From Octopus sinensis (taxonomy: Eukaryota), in the NCBI RefSeq assembly GCF_006345805.1, contig NC_043004.1, forward strand, positions 39,618,001 to 39,682,000: 64,000 bases of DNA, in the 5' to 3' direction. This document shows positions 51,081 to 62,392 of this stretch, one piece after another. The position numbers were made by a program, and so were the translations under genes. Positions within the stretch are counted from its first letter, which is position 1, and every line of letters begins with the position of its first letter. The notes under the pieces were generated by a model that saw nothing but the letters and a program-made list of their open reading frames with translations, was not told the DNA's origin and searched no databases.

Positions 51081-51444
51081 TTGGGTCTTCTTGGGGAAAA
51101 CAACCTGGATATTGGGAAGGACACCACCCTGGGTGATGGTCACTCCAGACAAAAGTTTTTTCAATTAACCGTCGTTACAGATGACCAACTGCAAATGACG
51201 GGGAATAATTCTTAATTTCTTGTTATCGCTGGCAGCATTTCATGTCAATTCCGAAACTTCGGCAATTAAATATTGTATAAGTGCAACCAAGTAGATTGGG
51301 GTTCCGGCACCAACACGGTTGGCCATAGTTTCCCTCACTTAGAAGACAGTGGATACGAGCGACAGGGAACTGAATTCCAGCACGGGATGAACGACTCTTG
51401 CTCTTCCCCTTCAATTTACCTCCGCCTTTACCACGTCCAGACAT
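51081..51444 (-). pseudogene. H2A: Histone H2A pseudogene
   Basis: [41 protein letters not shown], +1 frameshift, [76 protein letters not shown]. Stops lie at 51240-51242 and 51165-51167. Confidence 0.95.
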
Positions 51445-53769
51445 ACTAGTTTTCAGCAAAATAGCGAAAGCGGCATGAGGTAGAGTCGGGTACAATATAT
51501 AACATACCTAGCAAAGATCTAGGGACACGCGCGTTAAGATCATCCTTAGATATTACATTACAGCTGTCAATAATGTTTTAATTGAGGGTAATTTGACAGC
51601 TACGTGTAACTTTTTTGAGATACCTGTTTCTTTACTATCCACAAGGGGCTAAACACAGAGAGGACAAACAAGGACAGACAAACGGATTAAGTCGATTATA
51701 TCGACCCTAGTGCGTAACTGGTACTTATTTAATCGACCCCGAAAGGATGAAAGTCGACCTCGGCGGAATTTGAACTCAGAACGAAACGGCAGACGAAATA
51801 CCGCTAAGCATTTCGCCCGGCGTGCTAACGTTTCTGCCAGGGCGATTCCCTGTTGAATGGGAAAAATGTGAACTAGGGTTGAATTGGCTACTATTTCTGT
51901 CGGCCGTAATTGCAATGTTGATGTCTAACTGTTTTATTGATTTCACTGTTGTTGTTATTGTTGATGTCAGTCTCGACAAAGCAACCTTCCAGCTTCGATC
52001 TTCCGATTTTTGTTTTATATTTTATATTGGTGTCTAATGTAGCCCTCAACACCTTTTCTCTGGATTTCTCGAAAAGGGGTCTGAAATGCCAGGTAATAGT
52101 ACTAACCATCAGCCTGTACAATTAATCTTTTTATAACGGGCATTGGTTTGGCTTTTAAAAATATCTAAAACACACACACACATACACATACACTCATATA
52201 CACACACACACATACACACACGCGCACACATTCTCGAGGAGAGGCTGTAAAGTTCTTAGCTGGCTGGAGGCCCAACCTTCCAAGTTCTTTAACAGGCTTA
52301 GAAACACTGAAGGACCGCTGCAGTAAGTGAGTGAATCTGAGAGAGAAATATCTATTATATAAAATCCGTTCTGTCTGTCTGTGTGTGTGTCTTCTAGGAT
52401 CTCGGGCATCCTCCATCCGATTGCGCTCAAATTTGGTATGTAGAAACCAACGGTATCAGGGCATGTATAAGTCTTGAAAAAATTACAAAAATCCATTCCA
52501 GGTGAGAATGCGATCGATAAAGCCGTGGGAACGTGCATTTCTACGTGCAAGTACATCAGCTGTTGCGATCGATACTACGCATACGCGAGAAAAATGCACG
52601 TGCAGTTTGCACAAAAGAAGCCGGCTGGCTTGAAATAATGCCACAAAATGGGACGGTCGGACAAGTTGTTTTGAGAAAATTTGGTTTAAATGTTTAACAA
52701 CTCAGCACCGTCCATTGGACGGGGGGCGTTTTGCTTGTGTTGATTAAGATCGTAGTTAACTGATTTTCCTATATTTTCTTTTACCCAAGGTCAGGAACTG
52801 TTCAGCACCCCCCCCCCACGTATGATATATACAAATATTGTGAAGAACATGCCTAGTTCTTGAAAACATCACCTTTATAGTTGTTTAACCTGTAATCAAT
52901 ACATTTTCTAAAGTTGTCTTTTGTATATCTATTTTTCTACTCACCCAACACTGTATTAGTACAAATGATACGTATGAATGCATATATTTATTTAATGCGC
53001 GTATATCTGAACGTATATTTGTGAGTACATGTCCATATTTTTAACTAAGTATTTTTGCATATACTTGTAAGTACTTATACATTTTCGTTGAGTGTGTAGT
53101 TTGGATGGATTTATGCATGCATGAATGTATGTAATTGTGTATATATAAACGTATATTTTAAATGTAGGCAGCTATACGTGCAACAGTATAAATCTTTCCC
53201 CATTGCGTGTGTGTGTGTGTGTGCGTGTGTGTGTGTGTGTGTGTGTGCATGTATTTGTGATCTATACGTATTTACTACACTGTGATCAGGACTTTACTAC
53301 CATTTATTTCGTTATTTTTATCTGTTTTTATACGAAAATCTTCCCGGAAAGATCCACTATGAAAAATGGACGCATAGAGCTCATTTGATTCAGCCTCAAT
53401 CTTTACATATGGTTGCAGGACTGCTATGTTAGGTTTTCTTGAAAAGAAACGGACAATTTCATACGACTATGTTCATGCGTGTATGCAGGGGATTTTTTCT
53501 TTTTTTTTTATGAACAGGTGGATTAAGATTTCTACAAACCAATAATCATTCGTTTGTTAAGCTTTGGAGTGTCCATTAGCATACTCAATACATATAAGAC
53601 ACGACAACCAAGCTGTACGCTGCACTCAGAGGTCACATTTACAGTCGTAAGTGACGTGAAAATGGCTCAATTCCCGCCTACACAACGCGAACATACGCAC
53701 GCACACTCTAGACAAATGCATACACATACAAACATACACACATATATACACACGCAGGCAGAAACACAC

Positions 53770-54000
53770 ACACACATACATACATATATACATACATATA
53801 TACATACATACATATATACATACATACTTATATACATACATACATACATATATATATACATACATACATGTATACATACATACATACATACATACATACA
53901 TGCATGCATGCATGCATACATACATACATGCATGCATGCATGCATACATACATACATACATACATACATACATACATACATACATACATACATACATACT
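53770..54000. repeat. (CATA)n/(CATG)n tract
   Basis: Directly visible. Confidence 0.95.
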
Positions 54001-54004
54001 TAGC

Positions 54005-54350
54005 TAAAAGATGTAACCGTAAATGTAAATTATATCATATTTCTGTGGAAGATATCACACATGGGAATAGCACTGCTCAAAAATGTTATCAAGGCACTTC
54101 CTGTACGACATGGCGCTGTCGCAAAAACAATATACGATGCCATTCGACGGAAAAAGACTGTCCTTATATAAATATAGAGAATTCCCTTCTTATTGACTGC
54201 ATACACAAACATCAAGGCGAAGGAATATTGATGGAACATTCCCATCAAGACATCTGTCAACTGTAAACTGTTCGGATATTGTTGTTTGGAACAGACAAAA
54301 AGTATTTACAGTCATAGAGGCCAGCAGTCATAGTGGTGTGAATAACTCAA
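54005..54350 (+). mobile_element. RLE non-LTR retrotransposon fragment (family R-CATA), knuckle to nuclease
   Basis: With frameshifts: CKLYHISVEDITH, LPVRHGAVAKTIYDAIRR, KEY*WNIPIKTSV, DIVVWNRQKVFTVIE. Confidence 0.7.
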
Positions 54351-54663
54351 AGAGAAAGTGCTTAGTTGCAGACAACTGCTTCGAAACCTCCTGCTTCTAA
54401 ATTCAGATTATAAGTTTACGCTTATAACTATTACGATGGGGGTAATTGATTCTGTGAGTAAATGCCAAAGTGATAAGTTAGGATTTTCAGGAAAAGAAAT
54501 CAGCAACTAACTCGCACATCAGAAATACAATCTGCTTCTGGACCAGTAAAAATTTGCAAGACTTTTCTTAAATTTAAATTTAAATGAAACTATATATATT
54601 TCTTAGAAACGAGTTCATTCTTCAAAGGAAGAATTTAAATAGTTAAAAACAGAAAAGAACACA

Positions 54664-54728
<65 letters not shown>

Positions 54729-54834
54729 ACTTATACATACATGCAAGTAGAAAGATTTATTTTCTACAATACATTTCAATGCGTCAAAAATAAACTTATG
54801 TTCGTTTACATATGACGTAATACATACATACATT

Positions 54835-55129
54835 ATGGCTGCCCCCTCGTTATCGAGTATGGCCATTGCACGAAGCTTAACTGTTACTAGTGTTGTGATC
54901 GAATGTGACTTTTTAGCCCAGCGAAATATCTACAATGTCTTGTACAGAGTTGGCAACTGAAACCTTTACCGGTAATAGCCGGCTGTAGTTGTAACTGGGC
55001 TTCAAGTGCATTTGCATGTCGTTTAAGTCCTCCTGTCGAATTACACTCTCTTCCACATGCCCGACAGATATGATTAGTATGGTGTGTTACACCACCACCA
55101 GTGGCCAGGTTGTCACTCATCTATCTCGC
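54835..55129 (-). mobile_element. ~295-bp cassette encoding two C2H2-like zinc fingers, copy 1 (probably an RTE-type 3' end)
   Basis: HICRACGRECNSTGGLKRHANAL..FSCQLCTRHCRYFAGLKSHIRSQH followed by an (ATGT)n tail. Confidence 0.65.
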
Positions 55130-55227
55130 TCTATGACTACGAAGATGACTCTTTAGTCCAGCTTTACTGAGGTATGTATGTGGTATGTATATGTATGTGA
55201 ACCACATACATACATACATACATACAT

Positions 55228-55500
55228 GGACGAAGTCGACTATATTGAGACCGGTGGGTCAAAAGCATATTGGTGGAGCTTATAAATTTAAACAGCCATC
55301 AAGTTACAACACAACCGGCCAAATATTGTTGTATAGGACTAAAGGGAAAAGATACGCTGTTGTAGAGATCAGCTGCCCTCTGGACATCAATGTGGTTAGA
55401 AAAATACATGCAAAAAAGCCATTGGTAAGGAGTTTGCAAATCATGTGCTGAAGATATACTTTCAGTTTCATACATATTATTAGAGTAACAGGGTACGTAC
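55228..55500 (+). mobile_element. RLE non-LTR retrotransposon fragment (family R-CATA)
   Basis: KAYWWSL..KLQHNRPNIVV*D..AVVEISCPLDINV..PLVRSLQIM; starts immediately after (CATA)n. Confidence 0.7.
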
Positions 55501-55866
55501 TAATCCGTCTGGGACAAGGCATAGCTGTAGTTGGGTTCTTGGGGAGAGAAAGTAAATGCTTAATTCATACACTACGAATGAACACGATATCTGTGGCTAT
55601 AAATATCTGTAAGATCTTTTTAAAATTTAAAGGATGACGAACAAAGCAAGACGCCTTCCTTTCCAACCTTGCTACAAAGTAGGCGGCCGGTCAAATTTTA
55701 TTCTGAATTGGTAAGAGGAAGTGAACACATACATACATACATACATACATACATACATACATACATACATACATACATACATACATACATACATGCGCTG
55801 GCAGCTAATTCAGTTATGACAGTGTGTTCCAAGCACATACGTACATATATACATAACTACATGATG

Positions 55867-56157
55867 ATGGCTGCCCCCTCGTTATCGAGTATTGCCATTA
55901 CGCGAAGCTTAACTGCTACTGGTGCTGTGATCGAATGTGACTTTTTAGCCCAGCTAAAGATCTACAATGTCTTGTACAGAATTGGCAACTAAAACCTTTA
56001 CCGGTAATAGCCGGCTGTAGTTGTAACTGGGCTTCATGTACCTTTGCATGTCGTTTAAGTCCTCCTGTCGAATTACACTCTCTTCCACATGCCCGACAGA
56101 TATGATTAGTATGGTGTGTTCACCACCAGTGGCCAGGTTGTCACTCATCTGTCTCGC
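55867..56157 (-). mobile_element. Two-C2H2 cassette, copy 2
   Basis: HICRACGRECNSTGGLKRHAKVH..FSCQFCTRHCRSLAGLKSHIRSQHQ*; same end points as copy 1. Confidence 0.65.
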
Positions 56158-56190
56158 ATAACTACATACAAACATATTTACATACATACA

Positions 56191-56460
56191 AAGGCGGTGA
56201 GCTGGCTAAGGCGGCGAGCTGGCTTCAAGGCGGCGAGCTGGCAGAAACGTTAGCGCGCCAGGCGAAATGCTTAGAGGTATTTCGTCTGTCGTTACGTTCT
56301 GAGTTCAAATTCCGTCGAGGTCGACTTTGCCTTTCATCATCTCGGGGTCGATAAATAAAGTACCAATTTCGCACTGGGGTCGATATAATCGACTTAATCC
56401 CTTTGTCTGTCCTTGTTTGTCCCCTCTATGTTTAGCCCCTTGTGGGTTATAAAGAAATAT
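56191..56460 (+). mobile_element. Family B SINE with a triplicated 5' end
   Basis: AAGGCGG(T/C)GAGCTGGC at 56191, 56208 and 56227. Confidence 0.9.
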
Positions 56461-56829
56461 ATATTTACATACATACAAATTTAGATACTTCCATGTGATC
56501 AGATGAAAAGACGACGACCAGGCAGAACATTTCATTGCACGGATGCAGCTAGTCTTATATACACACACACACACACACACACCACACACACATTAAAGGA
56601 CACATATGGGTCAGGTCTGCTCCTTTGAACAAAGTATTTGGCAGTTGCCGACACAAATAATCAACAACAACCACAGTAGGTTCTACATTGCATGTACATG
56701 CCCTTAATCACGTGATTGGGCAATTCACGAATTCATATATGTACGTATGTGTATGTATGCATACATATACATACGTACTCATATACGTATCTATAACTAA
56801 AAGTATTCATATAAGCATTTATAAGAACG

Positions 56830-56890
56830 CATGTATGTAGTTTGACGTGTATGCATCCATACATGTATGCATGCATGTATACACTGCATG

Positions 56891-56955
<65 letters not shown>

Positions 56956-57026
56956 CTATGTACGCATACACGTATGTATGTAGTTTGACATGTACATCCA
57001 TACATGTATGCGCATGCATGTATAAT

Positions 57027-57069
<43 letters not shown>

Positions 57070-57300
57070 CTATATACGCATACACGTATGTAGTAGTTTG
57101 ACATGTATGTATCCATACATGTATGCATGCATTTATACGTTGCATATCTATATATATATATATATATATATATACACCTATGAACGCATACACGTATGTA
57201 TGTAGTTTGACATGTATGCATGCATGTATACATTGCATGAATATATATATATATATGTGTGTATATATATATATATATACACACCTATGTACGCATGTAA
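56830..57300. repeat. Minisatellite, 4 units of ~110-140 bp with variable (TA)n
   Basis: GTAGTTTGAC recurs at about 56838, 56980, 57094 and 57202. Confidence 0.85.
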
Positions 57301-57700
57301 GTATATGTGTGTGTATGTGTTTGTGTGCGTGTGTGTGCGTTTGTATGTATATGTATCCGCTTGCATATATGTATGTTTGTATATATGTATCTGTATCTAT
57401 GTATGTACATATGTGCGGGCCAAACTGAAATACATCTCTGACGTTACAACGTTTACTCACGGATATAAGTTGATGATAAAAGCCTATGAAATCCGAAACG
57501 TGGGCTTTGTTTAAAGATTTCCGTTCCATTTTATGATGTTATTTTGACACGTTATTGCAGAAGAATTATGATCATATCAGCAACACAGCAATTATTTTAT
57601 CCTACATTCAGCAAGTACATTTTGTAGTGCTTATTATTATTGAAGTTGTTGTTATAGTTGTAATTGCTATTACCGTTATCTATTATTATCATTATTATTA

Positions 57701-57739
<39 letters not shown>

Positions 57740-57780
57740 GTTTATTGTTTTATTTATTATTTTATTATTATTATTATTAT

Positions 57781-57822
<42 letters not shown>

Positions 57823-57975
57823 CAGCAGCTGCAGCTTCTATATATAGAAGTGGATGCACAATGGCCTAGTGGTTAGAGCAGCGGACTCGCGGTCGTAGGG
57901 TCGCGTTACGTGTATATGACAGCTGTAGTAACACTTTTCATCCGTTGCCACCGCTGTTCTCGCTTTCACTTATAT

Positions 57976-58390
57976 GATTGATTGATTGATTGAATCTAGT
58001 TTCAGCTCATGAGCTGTGGCCATGCTGGGGCACCGCCATTTGGTGTTGCTACATGGTTTTACTTCACGAAAGCTTTTTAGCAACTGCCATTTGGTGCATG
58101 AGAGAGTTCGATGCAGCTGCCCTCATCTGCACCTCCTGCTGTGAAGTTGGTTCATCTGGGACACCCGACAGGAAGAGATCCAGTTTCATTTTAAAGACAT
58201 CTGCATCCACCCCATGCAGGTCTCTCAGGTTCTTCGGGAGGATAGTCACGATCTCTCTGTTACTAACTTCCCCACAGACTAATATGTTTTATAACTTCCT
58301 CATTTTATTATATAATTCGCCCAATGCTCCCGGGGAGCACATTATAGATTTTTATCGAAATCCAATTAGCCTATTATTGAATTCGATATC
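57976..58390 (-). mobile_element. CR1/L2-group LINE 3' end, copy 1
   Basis: ILPKNLRDLHGVDADVFKMKLDLFLSGVPDEPT..RAAASNSL; tail GGCGGTGCCCCAGCATGGCC then (AATC)n. Confidence 0.75.
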
Positions 58391-58470
58391 AGTGTAACTT
58401 ATATGCAAAGTTTCATGAATATTGGTTCGCTGATTTAGGCATTAAGATGCTAACAGACAGACAGAAATTG

Positions 58471-58506
<36 letters not shown>

Positions 58507-58772
58507 TATAAAGATAGTTAAAGAGAAAGGCACACAAACAGATAGGCAGACTGACAGACACACAGACAGACAGATACACAGACAGGCAGAGAGACCAACT
58601 GACGCATATGCACCCAGGCATACATACAGAAATATATTACAACACGTATGCGTAAAATGCTGTGTAATATGTATATTCTTAAGTCATATTTATGTGTGTA
58701 TACATACATACAAACACACACACACGTACATAAACGCACACCACTCGCTATGATAGATCGCTATCCACTACA

Positions 58773-58905
58773 CATACTTTATTTTTTCTCCTTGTTTCTT
58801 TCTGTATTCCTCTCTGTGTAAGAGCGTAGGCTCGAAACATTAACGACTTTTTCACTTCCCGAGCGTTATTCAATTACATCTGTTTTTGTTGTCTACACCA
58901 CCTAC
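58773..58905 (+). repeat. Dispersed partial relative of the 475-bp array monomer
   Basis: AAGAGCGTAGGCTCGAAAC and its flanks match the monomer; the ATCTTTCTGTTG segment (stem I arm plus core) is missing. Confidence 0.75.
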
Positions 58906-58945
58906 GAATTCTCCCTACATATATACATACATACATATATATATA

Positions 58946-59400
58946 TCCTTAAATCCTAAATCCTTAAAAATGTTTTAGCCCGAAGGCCGCGGCCATGCTG
59001 GGGCACCACCGCTGAATGAGCCACACTAGTTTGTGAATCCACCTCTGATACGTGGCACTTGATCAACAAGGGAGTTCGATGCTGCTGCCCGCATCCGTGT
59101 CTCCTGTCGTGAGGTAGGTTCATCTGGGACTCCCACAAGAAGAGATCCATTAGTTTTAAAGAAACCCACATCCACACCATGTAAGTCTCTCAGATTTAGG
59201 GAGGATGTTGAAAAGCTGTGGTCCTCTGAAACCAAGCTGTTGCAGTATCTGGACCTGTATTTTGATGGTGATGTTGGAATATATATATATATATATATAT
59301 AACTTGTTGTCATTGGCACCCTCGAGATAAGCAATGACTTTTTTCCTGAGAACACATTCTTCGTGGAAAATAGCGATTTTGACGTCTATATCTAGATACT
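58946..59400 (-). mobile_element. CR1/L2-group LINE 3' end, copy 2
   Basis: FRGPQLFNILPK..LRDLHGVDVGFFK..GVPDEPTSRQETRMRAAASNSL (frameshifted); same tail, with AAGGATTT-like repeats. Confidence 0.75.
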
Positions 59401-59433
59401 GACTGTCCATTTTAGTGGTCAGTCCTTTAATTT

Positions 59434-59473
<40 letters not shown>

Positions 59474-59594
59474 ATGATAGATAGATGATAGATAGATAGA
59501 GACAGACAAATACATACATACATACATACATGCATGCGCACATACATACATACATACATACATACATACATACATACATACATACATACATAGA

Positions 59595-59649
59595 TACAGT
59601 CTGATGACATGTGCAATACTTGAAACACTCGGCATTTCGTGTCTCTGGA
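59595..59649 (+). ncRNA. Degenerate type I hammerhead-like motif
   Basis: UACAGU-CUGAUGA-CAUGUGCAAUACUU-GAA-ACAC(UCGGCAUUUC)GUGU-C-UCUGGA: core and GUC triplet intact, stem I has 2 mismatches, stem II is poor. Confidence 0.4.
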
Positions 59650-60147
59650 GTTTTGTATCAAACCTTACAGCACAATTTTAAAAAAATAATACTCTTATGT
59701 ATTGTGTTCTGTCTCTCGTATTTCTTCACTCCTACCACACACACACTTTTCTTATAAAAGCAACGTTTCTCGCTAATGATGTCCCATTATTTCCCCCCAC
59801 CCACCAACCACCACCACCCCTTTGAATCATCCTCGTTTATTTTGCTTTACTTTAACAAATATTGCTTGTTTTCACCTACATAATGGTTTCGGGAGTAAAT
59901 ATTTAAGCGAAGAATTCTTCCCTGACAACTTCCCAGAGCAGAACAACACGCTAATAAATAACATCAATAATAATAATAATAATAACAATAATAATGATAA
60001 TAATAATAATAATAATAATAATAATAGCATAATGGTAGAGATAATAAATAGTATGATTGGAACAATGCTTCTTGTGTGTATTGTTGTTGTTGTTGGAATT
60101 GCTGCGTTTGTTACTGATGTTATTGTTCCTAATGTTGCTTTATAGCA

Positions 60148-60180
60148 ATGGTGGTGGTGGTGGTGTTGTTGTTGTTGCTC

Positions 60181-60221
<41 letters not shown>

Positions 60222-60325
60222 GGTGGTGGTTGGTGGTGGTGGTGGTGGTGGTGGAGGTGGTGGTGGTGGCGGCGGCGGCGGCGGTGGCGGTGGAGGTGGA
60301 GGTGGTGGTGGTGGTGGTGGTGGTG
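60148..60325. repeat. (GTT)n-(GGT)n-(GGC)n compound tract
   Basis: Directly visible. Confidence 0.9.
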
Positions 60326-60490
60326 GAAGCAGTGGCCATTTTAATAGCGATGATATTATCTATCCTATATGTTTGTCTATTTTCAGAAACAATTCTAACA
60401 CTAAAGTTTCTACAGGAATTCAGAAAATGACAAAATTTTTTTCTCCCTCCTTCTTTCTTTCTCTCTGCCTCGCTCTACCCCCCTTCTCTT

Positions 60491-60523
<33 letters not shown>

Positions 60524-61089
60524 ACCCCTGTCTCTCTCTCACTCTCCCTCTGTTTCCTAGCGTTTTCCCTTTTTGCCTTTTTGCTTATCTACATGCTTAC
60601 AAAGCTAAACTGCTGAGATAGGCAAATGTGTGTGCCTATGTGTGTGTCTGTGAATATCTGTGCGTGTGCCTTATGTCTATGCGTGTGTGCGTGCGTATGG
60701 AGAGAGACTGAGAGAGAGACGAGGAAAAAGAGATTATAAGACGGTAGGAAGATGGCTAGAGCAAAAAAATAGAGCGAAACTAATAGATAGCTACACACAC
60801 ACACACACACACACACAACACACACACACACGTGAGACTAGCCTTAATTGCTATCTGGTAATTACGGTGTATCCTCTAGAGATGGACATAATTTTTAAAA
60901 ATCAACAATTTATATTGTATGGTATTTAATATACCTATATTTATCTACGTTGTTCATATAAATACCTCTAAGTATTCTGAGTTATCTCTCTTAGATAATT
61001 TTTGTATGTGTGTGTGTACGTGTGTACGTGTGTGTGAGTGTGTGTGCACACACATTTTTGATAAGCAGTTCGCTTCCCAAGAATATGAA

Positions 61090-61260
61090 CTATGCAACAA
61101 ACTGCCTAAATACCAATCTTGCGAAACTAGGCATCACAAAATCAGAAAGGAGAAAGCTAATTCGAAGACTACAGATCCAATCCACCTCGGGAACTGTAAA
61201 CATCTGCAAACCGGTTCTTTCTCTATTGGCAAAAAATCTTGAAATAAGCCGAATAGGAAC
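61090..61260 (+). mobile_element. RLE retrotransposon (R-CATA) 3' end, internally deleted
   Basis: TNCLNTNLAKLGITKSERRKLIRRLQIQSTSGTVNICK joined to the terminal TTCTCTATTGGCAA.AAATCTTGAAATAA. Confidence 0.7.
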
Positions 61261-61344
61261 ATACATAGAAATATAATATATATGTACGTACGTACAAACA
61301 TGCATACTTGTTTTTATACATGCATACATACATATATACACACA

Positions 61345-61762
61345 TTACCCAGATTATAAGTTCAGGTTTATACCTGTAATTACTGGGGCCCTGGGATGTT
61401 TAACACACTGCCTAAATACCAATCTTGAGAAACTAGGCTTCTCAAAACCAGAAAGGAGACTACAGATCCAAGACTTCAGTGGAACTGTAAAAATCTGTAA
61501 AACTTTCCGGAAGTTTATCATTTAAGTATGTACGAGCATGTCTAGATATGGAAATATATGCATGAGAAGATATGCATAAAACAAAATATACAACATGGGA
61601 AGACATACATAAAACAAAACATAGAAATCTGCACGTATACATACATACAAAAATACCCTGTTGTTGATGTTGACATTCCAGTGAAGGAGCCTTGTATGTA
61701 GGTTACAAACTAAGTCTTTCTCTATTGGCAAGAAATCTTGAAATAAAACTGAATAATGACAT
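61345..61762 (+). mobile_element. RLE retrotransposon (R-CATA) 3' end with 3' UTR
   Basis: YPDYKFRFIPVITGALGCLTHCLNTNLEKLGFSKPERRLQIQDFSGTVKICKTFRKFII* (stop 61523-61525); CATA-type repeats on both flanks. Confidence 0.75.
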
Positions 61763-62352
61763 ATAGGCGAACATACGTACATACATACATTCATACATGC
61801 ATCCATTTATACATACATACAAATTCGCATACATACATACCGTTCCACACGCGGACAATAGAATCAGATATCTCTATATATAGATGGAGCGTAAGATTAC
61901 TATGCCTTGTCATCGCTTATTTTATTGAAGTTTCCAATAACTTGTCTCCTCCTGTTTTTTGCCGTTTTTCGCATCTTCCGTCTTCAATCTTTACATCTAG
62001 CTCCTCCTCCTTTCCTGTTCCTATCTTTCAACATCAAATGGACCTTTTAAACTAACTACATTTTATTTCCTACGCACCTTGTCTCAACCTCCTCCACTTA
62101 GATGTTTTCCATCTTTGTTTTTTGTTCTTTTTTGGTTGTTGTTGTTGTTGCTGTGGTTGTTGATGTTGTTATTGTTGTTGACGCTATTGTTGCTGTTTTT
62201 CAATATTTTCTTTAGCTTCCTTCCATCAACATTTCTTATCTCTCTTCTTCGAAAATATTTTTTCTTCTCCCCAGCTAAATTTCTCCGTGTTTATGTGTGC
62301 GTGCGTATATGTGTGTGTGTGTGTGTGTATGTGTGTGTGTGCGTATGTGTAT

Positions 62353-62392
<40 letters not shown>

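Noticed and set aside
53490-53523. Polypyrimidine-CAG|GTGGAT as a second recursive site
   Set aside because: The donor half is a poor match to consensus, and all three downstream frames close quickly.
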